Shown here: positions 9,536-19,674 of the stretch, one piece after another
Position numbering within the stretch: position 1 is the first letter of the stretch
How the letters are laid out: each line of letters opens with the position of its first letter
Assembly (NCBI GenBank): GCA_034520665.1
Contig: JAXHNJ010000002.1
Location: forward strand, 179,166 to 243,165
Length of the DNA: 64,000 bases
Source of the DNA: Patescibacteria group bacterium
GTDB taxonomy: Bacteria; Patescibacteriota; Patescibacteriia; JAXHNJ01
Reading direction: 5' to 3'
The notes under the pieces: generated by a model
Told to the model about the DNA's origin: nothing
The model's input: the letters and a program-made list of their open reading frames with translations, nothing else
The model's database searches: none
Program-made: the position numbers and the translations under genes

Positions 9536-10408
9536 CTACTTCCCGTTACTTCTATTACATTTAATACCTTCTTCAAAGCCCTGACAAAAAATCTCTCCGT
9601 CTTTATCATTCCTCAATATCTCAATATCTTGATCATTCAATCTTTCAATAGCCGCCTCATGCGGATGGTCAAAACGGTTATCCTGACCGCACTGAATAAT
9701 GGCATAGGCCGGGTTAACTTTCTTAATAAAATCACGATCTGAAGAATACTTTGAGCCATGATGCCCTACTTTTAAAACATCGGCTTTTACGGTTAAATTA
9801 TTGGCTATTAGTTTTTTTTCTATCTCTTTAGAATTATCACCAGTGAATAAAAAACAATGCTCAAAATAACAAAGCCGATTGACAATAGAAGCGTCATTAA
9901 GATCCTCAAACTCTTGGCCTGTAATATCTTCAAAGGGATATAAAGTTTCTAAATATAAATTTTTTGATAAAATAAATTTGTCACCAGCTAAGGTTTCACT
10001 ATAGTCAATTTCTTTTTCCTTAATTAATTTTTGCCACTGCTTATAAGTAGACGAATTATAATCAATATCAAAGCCCAAAACCTGATCGACTTCATATATT
10101 TTTAAAACTTCCACTAGTCCATTGACATGATCAGCGTGTGGATGAGTCAAAATCATTAGCTCAATATCTCGGTTCCAAAAACTCATGTGTTTATCCAATT
10201 CATTGATTACTGCTTTGCCCGGTCCCCCGTCAATAAGAATATCCTGACCAGCTGGAGTTTGAATTAATATAGAATCTCCCTGGCCAACATCTAAAAAATA
10301 AACCTTTAATAAATCATTTTTTGAAGAATTTAGACTAAATATTAAAAAACATACAATACTAATTAAGCCTAAAAAAACATAGAATAATTTTTTATTAGGA
10401 ATAAACAT
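9536..10408 (-). CDS. ComEC-associated metallo-beta-lactamase-fold protein (C-terminal half of split ComEC)
   Basis: FLDVGQGDS, LTHPHADH, LKVGHHGS, NRFDHP motifs. Confidence 0.92.
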   Translation of the reverse strand: MFIPNKKLFYVFLGLISIVCFLIFSLNSSKNDLLKVYFLDVGQGDSILIQTPAGQDILIDGGPGKAVINELDKHMSFWNRDIELMILTHPHADHVNGLVEVLKIYEVDQVLGFDIDYNSSTYKQWQKLIKEKEIDYSETLAGDKFILSKNLYLETLYPFEDITGQEFEDLNDASIVNRLCYFEHCFLFTGDNSKEIEKKLIANNLTVKADVLKVGHHGSKYSSDRDFIKKVNPAYAIIQCGQDNRFDHPHEAAIERLNDQDIEILRNDKDGEIFCQGFEEGIKCNRSNGK

Positions 10409-10410
10409 AA

Positions 10411-11871
10411 TTAATTTTTTAATTCTTTTCTAAAAAGTGGTTTTTTTATTAATATTATAATAAGGAAAATAATTAGATATATAATTAATATTAAATTAAA
10501 ATCAAAGTTTTCTATGGCAAAAGAAGAGAATTTTATCTCACTTAAAAAACTAGCTGCTCCACTAATATATTTTAAAAGTAAATAACAAGGCCAAAATATT
10601 AATTGCCCCAAAGGTAAAAATATTAAGGAAAAAATTACACCCAGAAAACCGCTGATTAAGACAAAGGGTAAAACCGGCAGAACTAATACGTTAGCCAGAG
10701 GAGCAATTAAAGAAAATCTTTGAAAATAAAAAATTATTAAAGGCAGAGTAAAAAACTGGGCTGAGAGAGTCATTAAAACCGTACTTTTTATATTGAAAAT
10801 TTCCGGAACTTTTTCTACTAATTTTTCTAAATAAGGACCAATATAAATCAAACCCAAAACGGCTAAAAAAGAGAGCTGAAAACCAATATCATATCTTAAC
10901 AATTTAGGATTAACCAAAAGCATTAAACTGCCAGCTAGGACAAAAGCATTAGTCGAATTATTTAACCGGCCTAGATACATAGCCAATAAAACCAGAAAAC
11001 CCATAATGCCGGCTCGCACGGCTGAAGACGGCATACCCACCAAAATAATAAATAGAAATAATCCGGCACTTGCCAGCCAAAAAGCTCGTCGGCGGTTTAA
11101 ACCCAGACCCAAGGCTAAATTCATCAAAATACCGGCAATAATAGTGATGTGGAGCCCGGAAATGGCAATAATATGACTGATACCGGCTTTAGAAAAATTA
11201 TCCCTAACCTCATCGGGAATTTCCTTTTTAAGGCCTAGCATCATAGCTTGCAAAATTGAAGACTGCGGTTGTTTAAGACTGATCTTAATAGTTTCAGACA
11301 TGTGATTTCGTATTTTATATATATTGGCTAAAAACCAAGTCCCCTTATTTCTTTCTATAATCTCTATTTTCGGTTTATAGCTAACTAAATAAATATTATA
11401 ACGACTTAGATAGGACCGATAATCAAAATCCTCAAAATTTTCTGGCTCTTTTATCTCTCCGGTTATTAATAAGATATCTCCGTAATGATATTCCGGATAT
11501 AAACCAGAGGTGATTAATAAATTCTCATTTTTTAAATGGCTTTCTTTTATTTTTACTTTAACTTTTTGATTATCTCCTTTTGTCGGTTCCTTATAAACTA
11601 AACCTTTTAATTTTTGATTATTACTCTCTATTTGGGGCGGCTCTTTAATGCTTAACTGAAATCTAACCAGACCAGCCAGACAAAAAATTAAACAAAATAA
11701 AATAATTCTAAAAATTTTATACTGCCAAAATAAAATTATTAAAAAAATAATAATTATCAATAAAATGAATAAATAAAAATAATTAAAATAAAAAAAGGAA
11801 GCCAAAGCTAGGCCCAAAATAAAAGAAATTAATAAATATAAAAATATTTTTGATTTAGAAAAATAATTCAT
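10411..11871 (-). CDS. comEC: ComEC/Rec2 competence membrane channel
   Basis: GISHIIAISGLH, SAVRAGIM, GFQLSF motifs and multiple TM segments. Confidence 0.93.
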   Translation of the reverse strand: MNYFSKSKIFLYLLISFILGLALASFFYFNYFYLFILLIIIIFLIILFWQYKIFRIILFCLIFCLAGLVRFQLSIKEPPQIESNNQKLKGLVYKEPTKGDNQKVKVKIKESHLKNENLLITSGLYPEYHYGDILLITGEIKEPENFEDFDYRSYLSRYNIYLVSYKPKIEIIERNKGTWFLANIYKIRNHMSETIKISLKQPQSSILQAMMLGLKKEIPDEVRDNFSKAGISHIIAISGLHITIIAGILMNLALGLGLNRRRAFWLASAGLFLFIILVGMPSSAVRAGIMGFLVLLAMYLGRLNNSTNAFVLAGSLMLLVNPKLLRYDIGFQLSFLAVLGLIYIGPYLEKLVEKVPEIFNIKSTVLMTLSAQFFTLPLIIFYFQRFSLIAPLANVLVLPVLPFVLISGFLGVIFSLIFLPLGQLIFWPCYLLLKYISGAASFLSEIKFSSFAIENFDFNLILIIYLIIFLIIILIKKPLFRKELKN

Positions 11872-12412
11872 TTATTTTATCTTCATTTATATATTGATAA
11901 GGTTGTTTTGAATACTTTTTTGATAAATTATGCTTTTTATAATTATATTTAATGTAATTAATTGTATTACGGAGTCTTTTTGGGGTATTAATAATGCGAA
12001 AATTAAAACGAGTATGCCAAGGTGAATAAAAAATATTATATTGATTTCGCAATTGATAGCAATAATATGATTTAACAGCATGCATTAGATCAGATATATT
12101 ATATTTACTACGGCTCGTTGTGGCTGCATTTTTAATTTTTCTTTTATTTTTTTCACTGCGGCCCGCTGTGGCCGCAGTTTCAAAAAGAGCAGGCGCAGCG
12201 GCCAGCGCTGGAATAAATTTTACTAACATATGAATATGATTATTTAAAATACTAAAAATATAAGGAAGAAAAAACTTTTTCTTACTGGAAATAAGAACAA
12301 TTTTATATAATAATTTTGCCTTTTTTGTATCGGCAAAAAAAGGGTAATTATTTTTTGTATTAAAAGTAACAAAATAGGGAAATATATTTTGATATATCCT
12401 TCTTTGAGTCAT
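11855..12412 (-). mobile_element. REP-associated tyrosine transposase (RAYT)/IS200-like Y1 HUH transposase
   Basis: YFVTFNT, ILNNHIHMLV (HUH), MHAVKS, WHTRFNFRII, INYIKYN (catalytic Tyr). Confidence 0.8.
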
Positions 12413-12480
12413 TAAAAAAAGCGGCTCCTTTCATAAGCCACCTTATTTTTATCTTAAATTATTACTTATAAAAAGTCAAA

Positions 12481-14313
12481 TTATTCCACGGTGACACTCT
12501 TAGCCAGATTTCTTGGCTGGTCCACATGACAGCCCCTTAAAACAGCCAAATGATAAGCCAGAAGCTGCAAAGGAATAACCGTTAATAAGGGTGTAATAAT
12601 TTCTTCAGTCTCAGGTACATAAATAACGTGGTCAGCCATTTTTCTAATTCTTTCGTCTCCCTCAGTAGCTATACAAATAACCTTACCCTGACGAGCCTTA
12701 ACTTCTTCAATATTGCTGATTATTTTTTCATAAATCGTGGAATTACCAGTAGCAATAAAAACCACCGGCATATTTTCATCTATCAAGGCGATGGGCCCGT
12801 GTTTCATTTCAGCCGCTGGATAGCCTTCAGCATGAATATATGATATCTCTTTAAGCTTTAAAGCTCCTTCCAAAGCTACTGGGAAATTATAACCACGTCC
12901 AAGGTACAAAAAATTATTTGCCTTTTTAAATCTACCCGCTAAATCTTTAACGACTTGGCTTTTATCTAAAGCTTTTTTTACCTGTTTTGGTATTACTTCC
13001 AAAGCTTTTAAATATTTTTTAATTTGCTCAGGCTTTTTTCTTTTCAATTCCTGAGCTAAATAAAGCGAGAAAAGATAAAGCGCTGTTACTTGAGAAGTAA
13101 AAGCTTTAGTCGAAGCCACACCAATTTCCGGTCCGGCATGAATATAAACACCAGCATCTGTTTCTCGGGCAATACTAGAGCCAACCACATTAACAATACC
13201 CATAACCTTGGCTCCTCTTTTCTTGGCTTCTTTTAAGGCGGCTAAGGTATCAGCTGTCTCACCCGATTGACTAATAACGATAATCAGAGTTTTTTTACCG
13301 ATTATTGGATGACGATAACGAAATTCTGAAGCATAATCTACTTCCACTGGCACCCCAGCCATTTCTTCAATTAAATATTCGCCCAAAAGCCCAGCGTGCC
13401 AGGAAGTACCGCAAGCTGTGATAATTATTCTTTCAAAATCTTTAAATTTATCTTTTAAGGAGAAAAGTCCGCCTAATACTAATTTACCCTTGCTTGAATC
13501 AATTCGACCACGGAAAGCATTTTTAATAGTTTCTGGCTGTTCAAAAATTTCCTTTAACATATAGTGAGAATAATTTGCTTTTTCTAATTGCTGCAGATCC
13601 CAATCAACTTCTTTAATACATTTAATTACCTTACTATTGGTTATGGTAGATATTTTAAAGTCATTTCGACTCAAAACAGCCATTTCTTTATCGTCTAAAT
13701 AAATCACTTTTTTAGTCTGAGAAATAAGCGGCGTAACATCTGAAGCTACAAAAAACTCATTTTCTTTTATACCAATTACCAAAGGACTACCGTTTTTAGC
13801 TACAATAATTTTATCCGGCTCATCACTGCAAACTATAGCTAATCCATAGGCACCCTCAAGTTGTACTAGGGCTTTTTGTACAGCTTTTTCAAAATTACCC
13901 TTATAATACTTTTCTATTAAATGAGCAATAACTTCGGTGTCAGTATCGGAAATAAATTTATGGCCTTCTTTTATTAAAAGTTCTTTTAAAAGAGAATAGT
14001 TTTCAATAATACCGTTGTGAACTACGGCAATTTTCTTATGACAATCAAAATGAGGATGAGCGTTCTTCTTATTAGGCCTACCATGGGTAGCCCAGCGAGT
14101 ATGGCCAATACCAAAACTACCTTCAATGCCTTCTTTTTTAATAGATTTTTCCAGTTCTTTAATCTTGCCTTGGCATTTACGGTATACCAGTTTATTTTTA
14201 TTAACTAAAACCACGCCAGCTGAATCATAGCCACGATATTCTAAACGTTTTAAACCTTTTATCAAAAGAGGTAAGGTTTTTTTAGGGCCAATATAGCCTA
14301 CTATGCCACACAT
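12481..14313 (-). CDS. glmS: Glutamine--fructose-6-phosphate transaminase
   Basis: MCGIVG, RGYDSAG, GHTRWATHG, PRNLAKSVTVE. Confidence 0.98.
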   Translation of the reverse strand: MCGIVGYIGPKKTLPLLIKGLKRLEYRGYDSAGVVLVNKNKLVYRKCQGKIKELEKSIKKEGIEGSFGIGHTRWATHGRPNKKNAHPHFDCHKKIAVVHNGIIENYSLLKELLIKEGHKFISDTDTEVIAHLIEKYYKGNFEKAVQKALVQLEGAYGLAIVCSDEPDKIIVAKNGSPLVIGIKENEFFVASDVTPLISQTKKVIYLDDKEMAVLSRNDFKISTITNSKVIKCIKEVDWDLQQLEKANYSHYMLKEIFEQPETIKNAFRGRIDSSKGKLVLGGLFSLKDKFKDFERIIITACGTSWHAGLLGEYLIEEMAGVPVEVDYASEFRYRHPIIGKKTLIIVISQSGETADTLAALKEAKKRGAKVMGIVNVVGSSIARETDAGVYIHAGPEIGVASTKAFTSQVTALYLFSLYLAQELKRKKPEQIKKYLKALEVIPKQVKKALDKSQVVKDLAGRFKKANNFLYLGRGYNFPVALEGALKLKEISYIHAEGYPAAEMKHGPIALIDENMPVVFIATGNSTIYEKIISNIEEVKARQGKVICIATEGDERIRKMADHVIYVPETEEIITPLLTVIPLQLLAYHLAVLRGCHVDQPRNLAKSVTVE

Positions 14314-14326
14314 GTTATAAAAATTA

Positions 14327-15416
14327 TTATTTTTTTCTCAGATAATATTCAATAAATTTATCAATTTCACCGTCTAAAATTTCTTCTATATTTGACTGTT
14401 CATAATCAGTACGGTGATCTTTAACCATTTGATAAGGATGAAGAACATAAGAGCGAATTTGGTTGCCCCAGGCCGCTTCATGATACTCACCCCGTAATTC
14501 TTCTTTTTTCTGCTGTCTTTGTTTTTCGGAAATTTGATGGAGCCGACTTTTTAATATTTTTAAGGCATTTTCTTTATTTTGTCTCTGAGACCTTTCATTC
14601 TGGCAACTCACAGTAATTTTTGTCGGTAAATGAGTTATTCGAACCGCTGAATCTGTTTTATTAACTGACTGCCCCCCGTGACCTGAAGCCATAAAAGTAT
14701 CTATTCTTATATTTTTGTCCTTTATTTCCACTTCGGCATCTTTTTCCAATTCAGGGATTACCTCTACCAAGGCAAAAGAGGTGTGTCTCATTTTCTCGGC
14801 GTCAAAAGGAGATATACGTACCAGGCGGTGAACACCATTTTCTGATTTTAAAAATCCGAAAGCATAAGAGCCAGAAATTGCAAAAGTAACGCTTTTTATA
14901 CCAGCTTCCGAGCCAACAGATTTATCGTGAATTTTTACAGACCAGCCTTTTTTTTGACAATAACGCAGGTACATTCTAAGTAGCATACCAGCCCAGTCTT
15001 GAGCATCAACACCACCAGCTCCGGCGTGAATAGAAATAATAGCATTATTTTTATCGTATTTTTCGCTTAATAAAATAAAAAATTCAAGTTCATTAAATTT
15101 TTCCTTTAATTTTAACAGCTTATCTTCAATCTCATTTTTTATAGAAAAATCTTCCTCTTTTAATGATTCATTGGCTAGCTCCAGAAGAGTTTTATTTTCT
15201 TTTTTTATATTATTCCAAGTTTCAATTTCTTCCTTAAGCTCTTCAAAACGACGACTTTTGTTTTCGGCCCTTTGGCGATCCCGCCAAAAATCCGGCTCTC
15301 TCATTTCATACTCCAGTTTTTTCTTTTCTATTTCCTTTTTTTCTAAGTCAAAGAAACCCCCTTGCTCGTTCTATTTTTGAGCTAAGATTCTTTATTTCTT
15401 TAATTAAGTCTTCCAT
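14327..15416 (-). CDS. prfB: Peptide chain release factor 2 with +1 programmed frameshift
   Basis: ATG at 15416, 22 codons to AGGGGG-TTT-CTT-TGA-C (about 15347-15362), then the +1 frame with SPF and GGQ motifs. Confidence 0.96.
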
Positions 15417-15434
15417 TTAAAAATTTTTAGTTTA

Positions 15435-16673
15435 TTATTCTTCCGACCACTGGCCTAATGTGGCCATTAAGTTTTTTTCTTGGCCATCATGCAAAATTTT
15501 CATTTCTATTTGATCTTCCGGATTTTTTTCTAAAATTAACTCAGCTAAAGTATTATCTTCATTAACTTTGGTGCCGGCAAACTCTAAAATAATATCATTC
15601 TCTTCCAGACCAGCTTTATCAGCTGGACTGCCAGGCACCACAGCTAATTCATCAGAAGTAGAGCCCTTAACCAAGAGAGCGCCATAATCAACACTTAAAT
15701 TATTAGCCTTTTTAAGGCTTTCATTAATAATAACATATCTCACCCCGAGATAAGGGCGAACAATTTTGCCTTTTTCTTTTATACTTTCAATATCTTTCTT
15801 AGCTTCATTTATCGGTATAGCAAAGCCAAGCAGCTGTCCTTCTTGAGAAATAGCGGTGTTTACACCAATGACCTGTCCAGCTAAGTTTATCAAAGGCCCG
15901 CCTGAATTGCCGGGATTAATGGCCGCATCAGTTTGAATAGTATTATTTAAAGTTTCTGTAGCACCAGTATAACTCGAGGCCGTAATTTCTCTAGATAAAC
16001 CAGAAATAATGCCCTTGGTCACCGTATTACGGTATTCACCCAAGGCATTACCAATAGCAATAGCTGTCTGACCGATTTCTAAAGAGCTAGAGTCACCTAA
16101 TTCAGCCACTGATAAATCATTGGCTTCAATTTTCAAAAAAGCCAAATCATTAGTTGGATCTTTAGCTAAAACTTCAGCATCATATTTATGGCCATTATTC
16201 AAAACTACCGAATATTCGGTTTCTGAATCAGAAACAACATGTTTGTTAGTTAAAATAATTCCCTCACTGGAAATAATAAAACCAGTACCCCCGGAAACCT
16301 GCTGCTTGCCCTCAGGTATAGAAAAAGGGTAACTGTAAAAAAAGTAATCAAAAGGAGAAAGATTATCATCCTGAAAATATTTAGAATAATCCTTAGTACC
16401 AACAATACTTACTACCGCTGAGTTTATTTTTTCTACCGCTTTAATAGTAGCGGAATTTTCCTCAACTTCTATGGTCGAAGTGTCTATATTTTGAAAGCTT
16501 TCTTGAGAGGTTTCCTGACCTAATAAATTCTTTTTTAACCATGAACCAAGTTTTCCCTCAGAAGCCATATAGCCAAAAAAGGCCCCCGAAGTGCCGCCAA
16601 TTAAAAAACTAATAAGCACACTAATTAAGATAATACTGGCAATTGATTTTTTATTATTTTTTTCTAATCCCAT
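15435..16673 (-). CDS. HtrA/DegP-family serine protease with PDZ domain
   Basis: LTNKHV, DLA, QTDAAINPGNSGGPL, C-terminal PDZ. Confidence 0.95.
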   Translation of the reverse strand: MGLEKNNKKSIASIILISVLISFLIGGTSGAFFGYMASEGKLGSWLKKNLLGQETSQESFQNIDTSTIEVEENSATIKAVEKINSAVVSIVGTKDYSKYFQDDNLSPFDYFFYSYPFSIPEGKQQVSGGTGFIISSEGIILTNKHVVSDSETEYSVVLNNGHKYDAEVLAKDPTNDLAFLKIEANDLSVAELGDSSSLEIGQTAIAIGNALGEYRNTVTKGIISGLSREITASSYTGATETLNNTIQTDAAINPGNSGGPLINLAGQVIGVNTAISQEGQLLGFAIPINEAKKDIESIKEKGKIVRPYLGVRYVIINESLKKANNLSVDYGALLVKGSTSDELAVVPGSPADKAGLEENDIILEFAGTKVNEDNTLAELILEKNPEDQIEMKILHDGQEKNLMATLGQWSEE

Positions 16674-16800
16674 ATATTTTAATTTATTTTACATTTATTA
16701 AGATATTATTATTTTAATAATCTGTCAATACAAACTCCATCTAACTTAAAGAAAAGAGTCCGCATTAAAGGACTCCTTTCTTATTTAATAATTTCAAATA

Positions 16801-17058
16801 CTAAGTCTGAGGAGTTTCTGGAGGAGTTTCAGAAGGAGTTTCTGGAGGAGTTTCAGGAGTTTTTTCTTCAGGAGAAGTAGTGCTCATAGCGCCTTTTTCT
16901 TTGTCAGAAAAAGCCACAATAAGACCAATGGCACCAACAATAATTTTAGCAATAGCATGCCAGGTTGGTTCAGTCGCTAATTCCCAACCAGGAATTACGC
17001 CAGCTACTCCCATCAGAAGAACCAATAAACTGATAATAATTAGAGTTGTTTTACACAT
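16801..17058 (-). CDS. Small two-TM membrane protein with Thr-Pro-Pro-Glu repeat tail
   Basis: AGGAG SD, two hydrophobic helices, 12-bp tandem repeats at about 16808-16860. Confidence 0.75.
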   Translation of the reverse strand: MCKTTLIIISLLVLLMGVAGVIPGWELATEPTWHAIAKIIVGAIGLIVAFSDKEKGAMSTTSPEEKTPETPPETPSETPPETPQT

Positions 17059-17164
17059 AATTTCGAGTCTCCTTTTGGTTAATTAACCTGTTTTTAATTA
17101 TAGCTTAAATAGCCAATTTTGTTAATGTTAGTAATATTTTTGTCTAATATTAGGTAAAAATTAA

Positions 17165-17473
17165 TTAAAATCTCTTAAATAATTTACTCTGAAAATAAAG
17201 TATTTTTTTATTTTTAAAATAAATTCCTTCTTTTCAAAGAAGTCTTTTTTTGGCTTCTTTACCTTTAACATAATTTCCAACCGAGCCGTTAGATTTTACT
17301 ACACGATGACAGGGAATTTTTACTAGAAAATTGTTTTTATTTAAAGTATTATCAACACTCCGGCTAGCCCTTGAATGACCAGCAGCCTTGGCTAATAATT
17401 TATAAGTGGTTACTTTACCTTGAGGAATTTTCTGACATAAATTCCAAATATTTTCTTCAAAGACTGTACCCAC
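17165..17473 (-). pseudogene. MGMT/Ogt-family protein with in-frame premature TGA
   Basis: IPQGKVTTY and PCHRVV motifs. The TGA at 17234-17236 is followed in frame by KEGI... to TAA at 17165. Confidence 0.65.
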
Positions 17474-17477
17474 TTTT

Positions 17478-18362
17478 TTAAGGAGTTAATACTGTCGGCA
17501 AATCAACAAATTGATAACCCTTATTTTTTACTTCATTAATTAAATCCGGTAAAAACTGCGGTACCAAATCTGTGCCCACCTGCATGACCACAATAGTCCC
17601 TTCTTTTAAACTATCCAACACTCGTGACTGAGCCTCTTGGGCTGTCTGATCAGTATCCCAGTCAAAGGCATCCACTGTCCAGGTAACCGTACAATAACCT
17701 TCCTCCAGAGCTGTGTCAAAAACTTCTCCCCCGGTTTCTCCATAGGGTGGCCGGAAAAAGGGTTTAGTGCTGGCTCCAGTTGCTTCCTGAAGAGCTTCTT
17801 CTGTTTTTTCTAATTCCTCGGCAATTTCCTCAGAAGAAAGATCAGCCAAATGTGAATAATCATAACTTAAATTATAAACGCCAAATCCTTGATTGACTAG
17901 ATTATTAATATCATTGCTATTTTCTTCAATGACCTCACCAGTTATAAAAAAGCTACCTGGTACTGAATTAGACTTTAATATATCAATTATTTCAGAGAGG
18001 TTGTCAATACTGGAAGCACTATTAAAAGTTAGGACTACTTCCTGACGATCTTGACCTCGGGAAAAAACCGCCGTACAATTTTCTAAATCAAAATTTGTGC
18101 TAACCGGTTCCAAATTAGTATTAGTATTAAGATTTAAGTTAGTCTTATTATTACTGTTAATATTGTCGTTTAAATTACTGGCCGCATTTACATTTTCATT
18201 AGCTGTATTAGTATTAACTGATTTTTTCTCACCGCCAAAACATCCTTTTAATATCCAAATAAAAACAACAATAATTATCAACCAAAGAACAAATTTAAAA
18301 ACTTTTGAACCAGAAGATTCTTTTTTCATACGGTATTTCTGATATTTTTGTAAATCACCCAT
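17478..18362 (-). CDS. Membrane-anchored NodB/polysaccharide-deacetylase-fold protein with degenerate catalytic motifs
   Basis: FFRPPYG and WTVDAFDW present. LTFN replaces LTFDD. Confidence 0.82.
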   Translation of the reverse strand: MGDLQKYQKYRMKKESSGSKVFKFVLWLIIIVVFIWILKGCFGGEKKSVNTNTANENVNAASNLNDNINSNNKTNLNLNTNTNLEPVSTNFDLENCTAVFSRGQDRQEVVLTFNSASSIDNLSEIIDILKSNSVPGSFFITGEVIEENSNDINNLVNQGFGVYNLSYDYSHLADLSSEEIAEELEKTEEALQEATGASTKPFFRPPYGETGGEVFDTALEEGYCTVTWTVDAFDWDTDQTAQEAQSRVLDSLKEGTIVVMQVGTDLVPQFLPDLINEVKNKGYQFVDLPTVLTP

Positions 18363-18366
18363 TTTT

Positions 18367-18915
18367 TTAAGCTAATTTTCTTTTATAAGCTTTGTTTCTA
18401 ACTAAATACAAAACTAATTCATAGCTGCCAAAAAGAACAAAAACAAAAAATAAGTCTCCTAAAAGAGTATTTCTAAAGAAAGGTAAGGCCATAAAATAAC
18501 TTTGTCCCAAACCAGACCAGGTTTTAGCATACCACCCACTGGCCGCCCAGACCGCAAAATTAGTAGTTAAAAAAAACAAAATTGAAGAAGCTAAAGTACC
18601 AGTAATTATTGTGGCAATATTCTTTCTTTTCCGCAAATATAAGCCAAATAATCCAATCAAAGCAAAGCTACCCCAAACCGTCAGTAAAACTCCTATATTA
18701 TAAAAACCAATAAAATAATCACTAATCGCTAAAACAGCTAATGGAATTAATATAGCGTATTTTCGGCTTAAATAAACCCCGCTAAATAAGGCTACAGCCC
18801 CTATCGGCGCAAAATTCGGGGGTAAGTTAATAATTTTGTAAAAAGCCAAAATTCTTAAGCCTACCGCTAAAATCACTAAAAAATAAGGTAATATTTCTAT
18901 AGTCTTTTTTTTCAT
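18367..18915 (-). CDS. DUF6580-like/ECF S-component-like membrane protein, putative B12 transporter
   Basis: PNFAPIGAVALFSG, FFLTTNFAVW, ALPFFRNTLLGDL motifs; lies under a cobalamin riboswitch. Confidence 0.75.
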   Translation of the reverse strand: MKKKTIEILPYFLVILAVGLRILAFYKIINLPPNFAPIGAVALFSGVYLSRKYAILIPLAVLAISDYFIGFYNIGVLLTVWGSFALIGLFGLYLRKRKNIATIITGTLASSILFFLTTNFAVWAASGWYAKTWSGLGQSYFMALPFFRNTLLGDLFFVFVLFGSYELVLYLVRNKAYKRKLA

Positions 18916-18937
18916 AAATCTTTATTTAATTATAAAC

Positions 18938-19393
18938 CTAGAAAGAACTTTTTTCAAATTTAAATTCTACTTCATCGCCAGCCGACAGCTCAAAAGAGTC
19001 TACTCCGACCATAGGCATTTCACCATTTACATAATACATCCAGTATTTATTTTTTTCACCATTTTTATAACCATCTATTTCTTTAATTAAAACTCCAAAA
19101 TCAGACTCTTCAATAGTTATATCCAACAATTCATCTTTATCAGCTTTTTCTAAGACATCAAATACTGTTTCTCCTTTACTAAAAGTCGAGATTAATTCCT
19201 TTTCTTTATCCTCATAATTAATAGCTAAAAAAGCCCGGCGCCTGGCCATGATACTTTCAGCGCCAGCTATATCCCCTTCTAGTCCTAATTTATCTAAAGC
19301 CTGGTAAGTACTGACCGTCTGGGCCCCAAAAATAATACCTGACAAAACGGCCACCAGAATAAATAAACTTAAATAAAGTTTTCTTTCTTTCAT
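18938..19393 (-). CDS. DUF4430/transcobalamin-like putative B12-binding protein
   Basis: TVFDVL...FGVLIKEIDG...YWMYYVNG...GDEVEF; N-terminal membrane anchor. Confidence 0.8.
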   Translation of the reverse strand: MKERKLYLSLFILVAVLSGIIFGAQTVSTYQALDKLGLEGDIAGAESIMARRRAFLAINYEDKEKELISTFSKGETVFDVLEKADKDELLDITIEESDFGVLIKEIDGYKNGEKNKYWMYYVNGEMPMVGVDSFELSAGDEVEFKFEKSSF

Positions 19394-19410
19394 TTTTTGC
19401 TCTCCTTAAT

Positions 19411-19450
19411 AAAAAAACCCTGACTTCGGCAATTAAACAAGGGTTTTTAA
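19411..19450 (-). terminator. Intrinsic terminator of the riboswitch expression platform
   Basis: AAAAACCCT...AGGGTTTTTTT hairpin just upstream of the DUF4430 SD. Confidence 0.55.
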
Positions 19451-19486
19451 AATTATTAAATCTTTCTACCGAAGATTTGTTATCTA

Positions 19487-19665
19487 AAAGGTGTCCTGGC
19501 TTACAGAGGATTGGCTCGTCAGCCCCTTCCCCTAAAAAAGAGTGGTTATGGCCGCCTGGCTTCTCTGCTTACAGTGACGGGATCGCGCCGGATTTGTTTT
19601 TGACTTAAAAGCAAAACGCACCGGTCTTCCCTTTTTTTCTTAAAAATTTTATTTTTAAGAAAAAT
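19487..19665 (-). promoter_or_regulatory. Cobalamin (AdoCbl) riboswitch
   Basis: Minus strand reads AAAAGGGAAgaCCGGTG...AAATCCGGcGCGatCCCgtcACTGTAA...ACCACT...GGGAAGG...AAGCCAGGAcACCT (B12 box). Confidence 0.88.
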
Positions 19666-19674
19666 ATTTAATTA

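Noticed and set aside
17234-17236. UGA recoding (genetic code 25)
   Set aside because: RF2 with its UGA-dependent frameshift is present, and other genes end in TGA.
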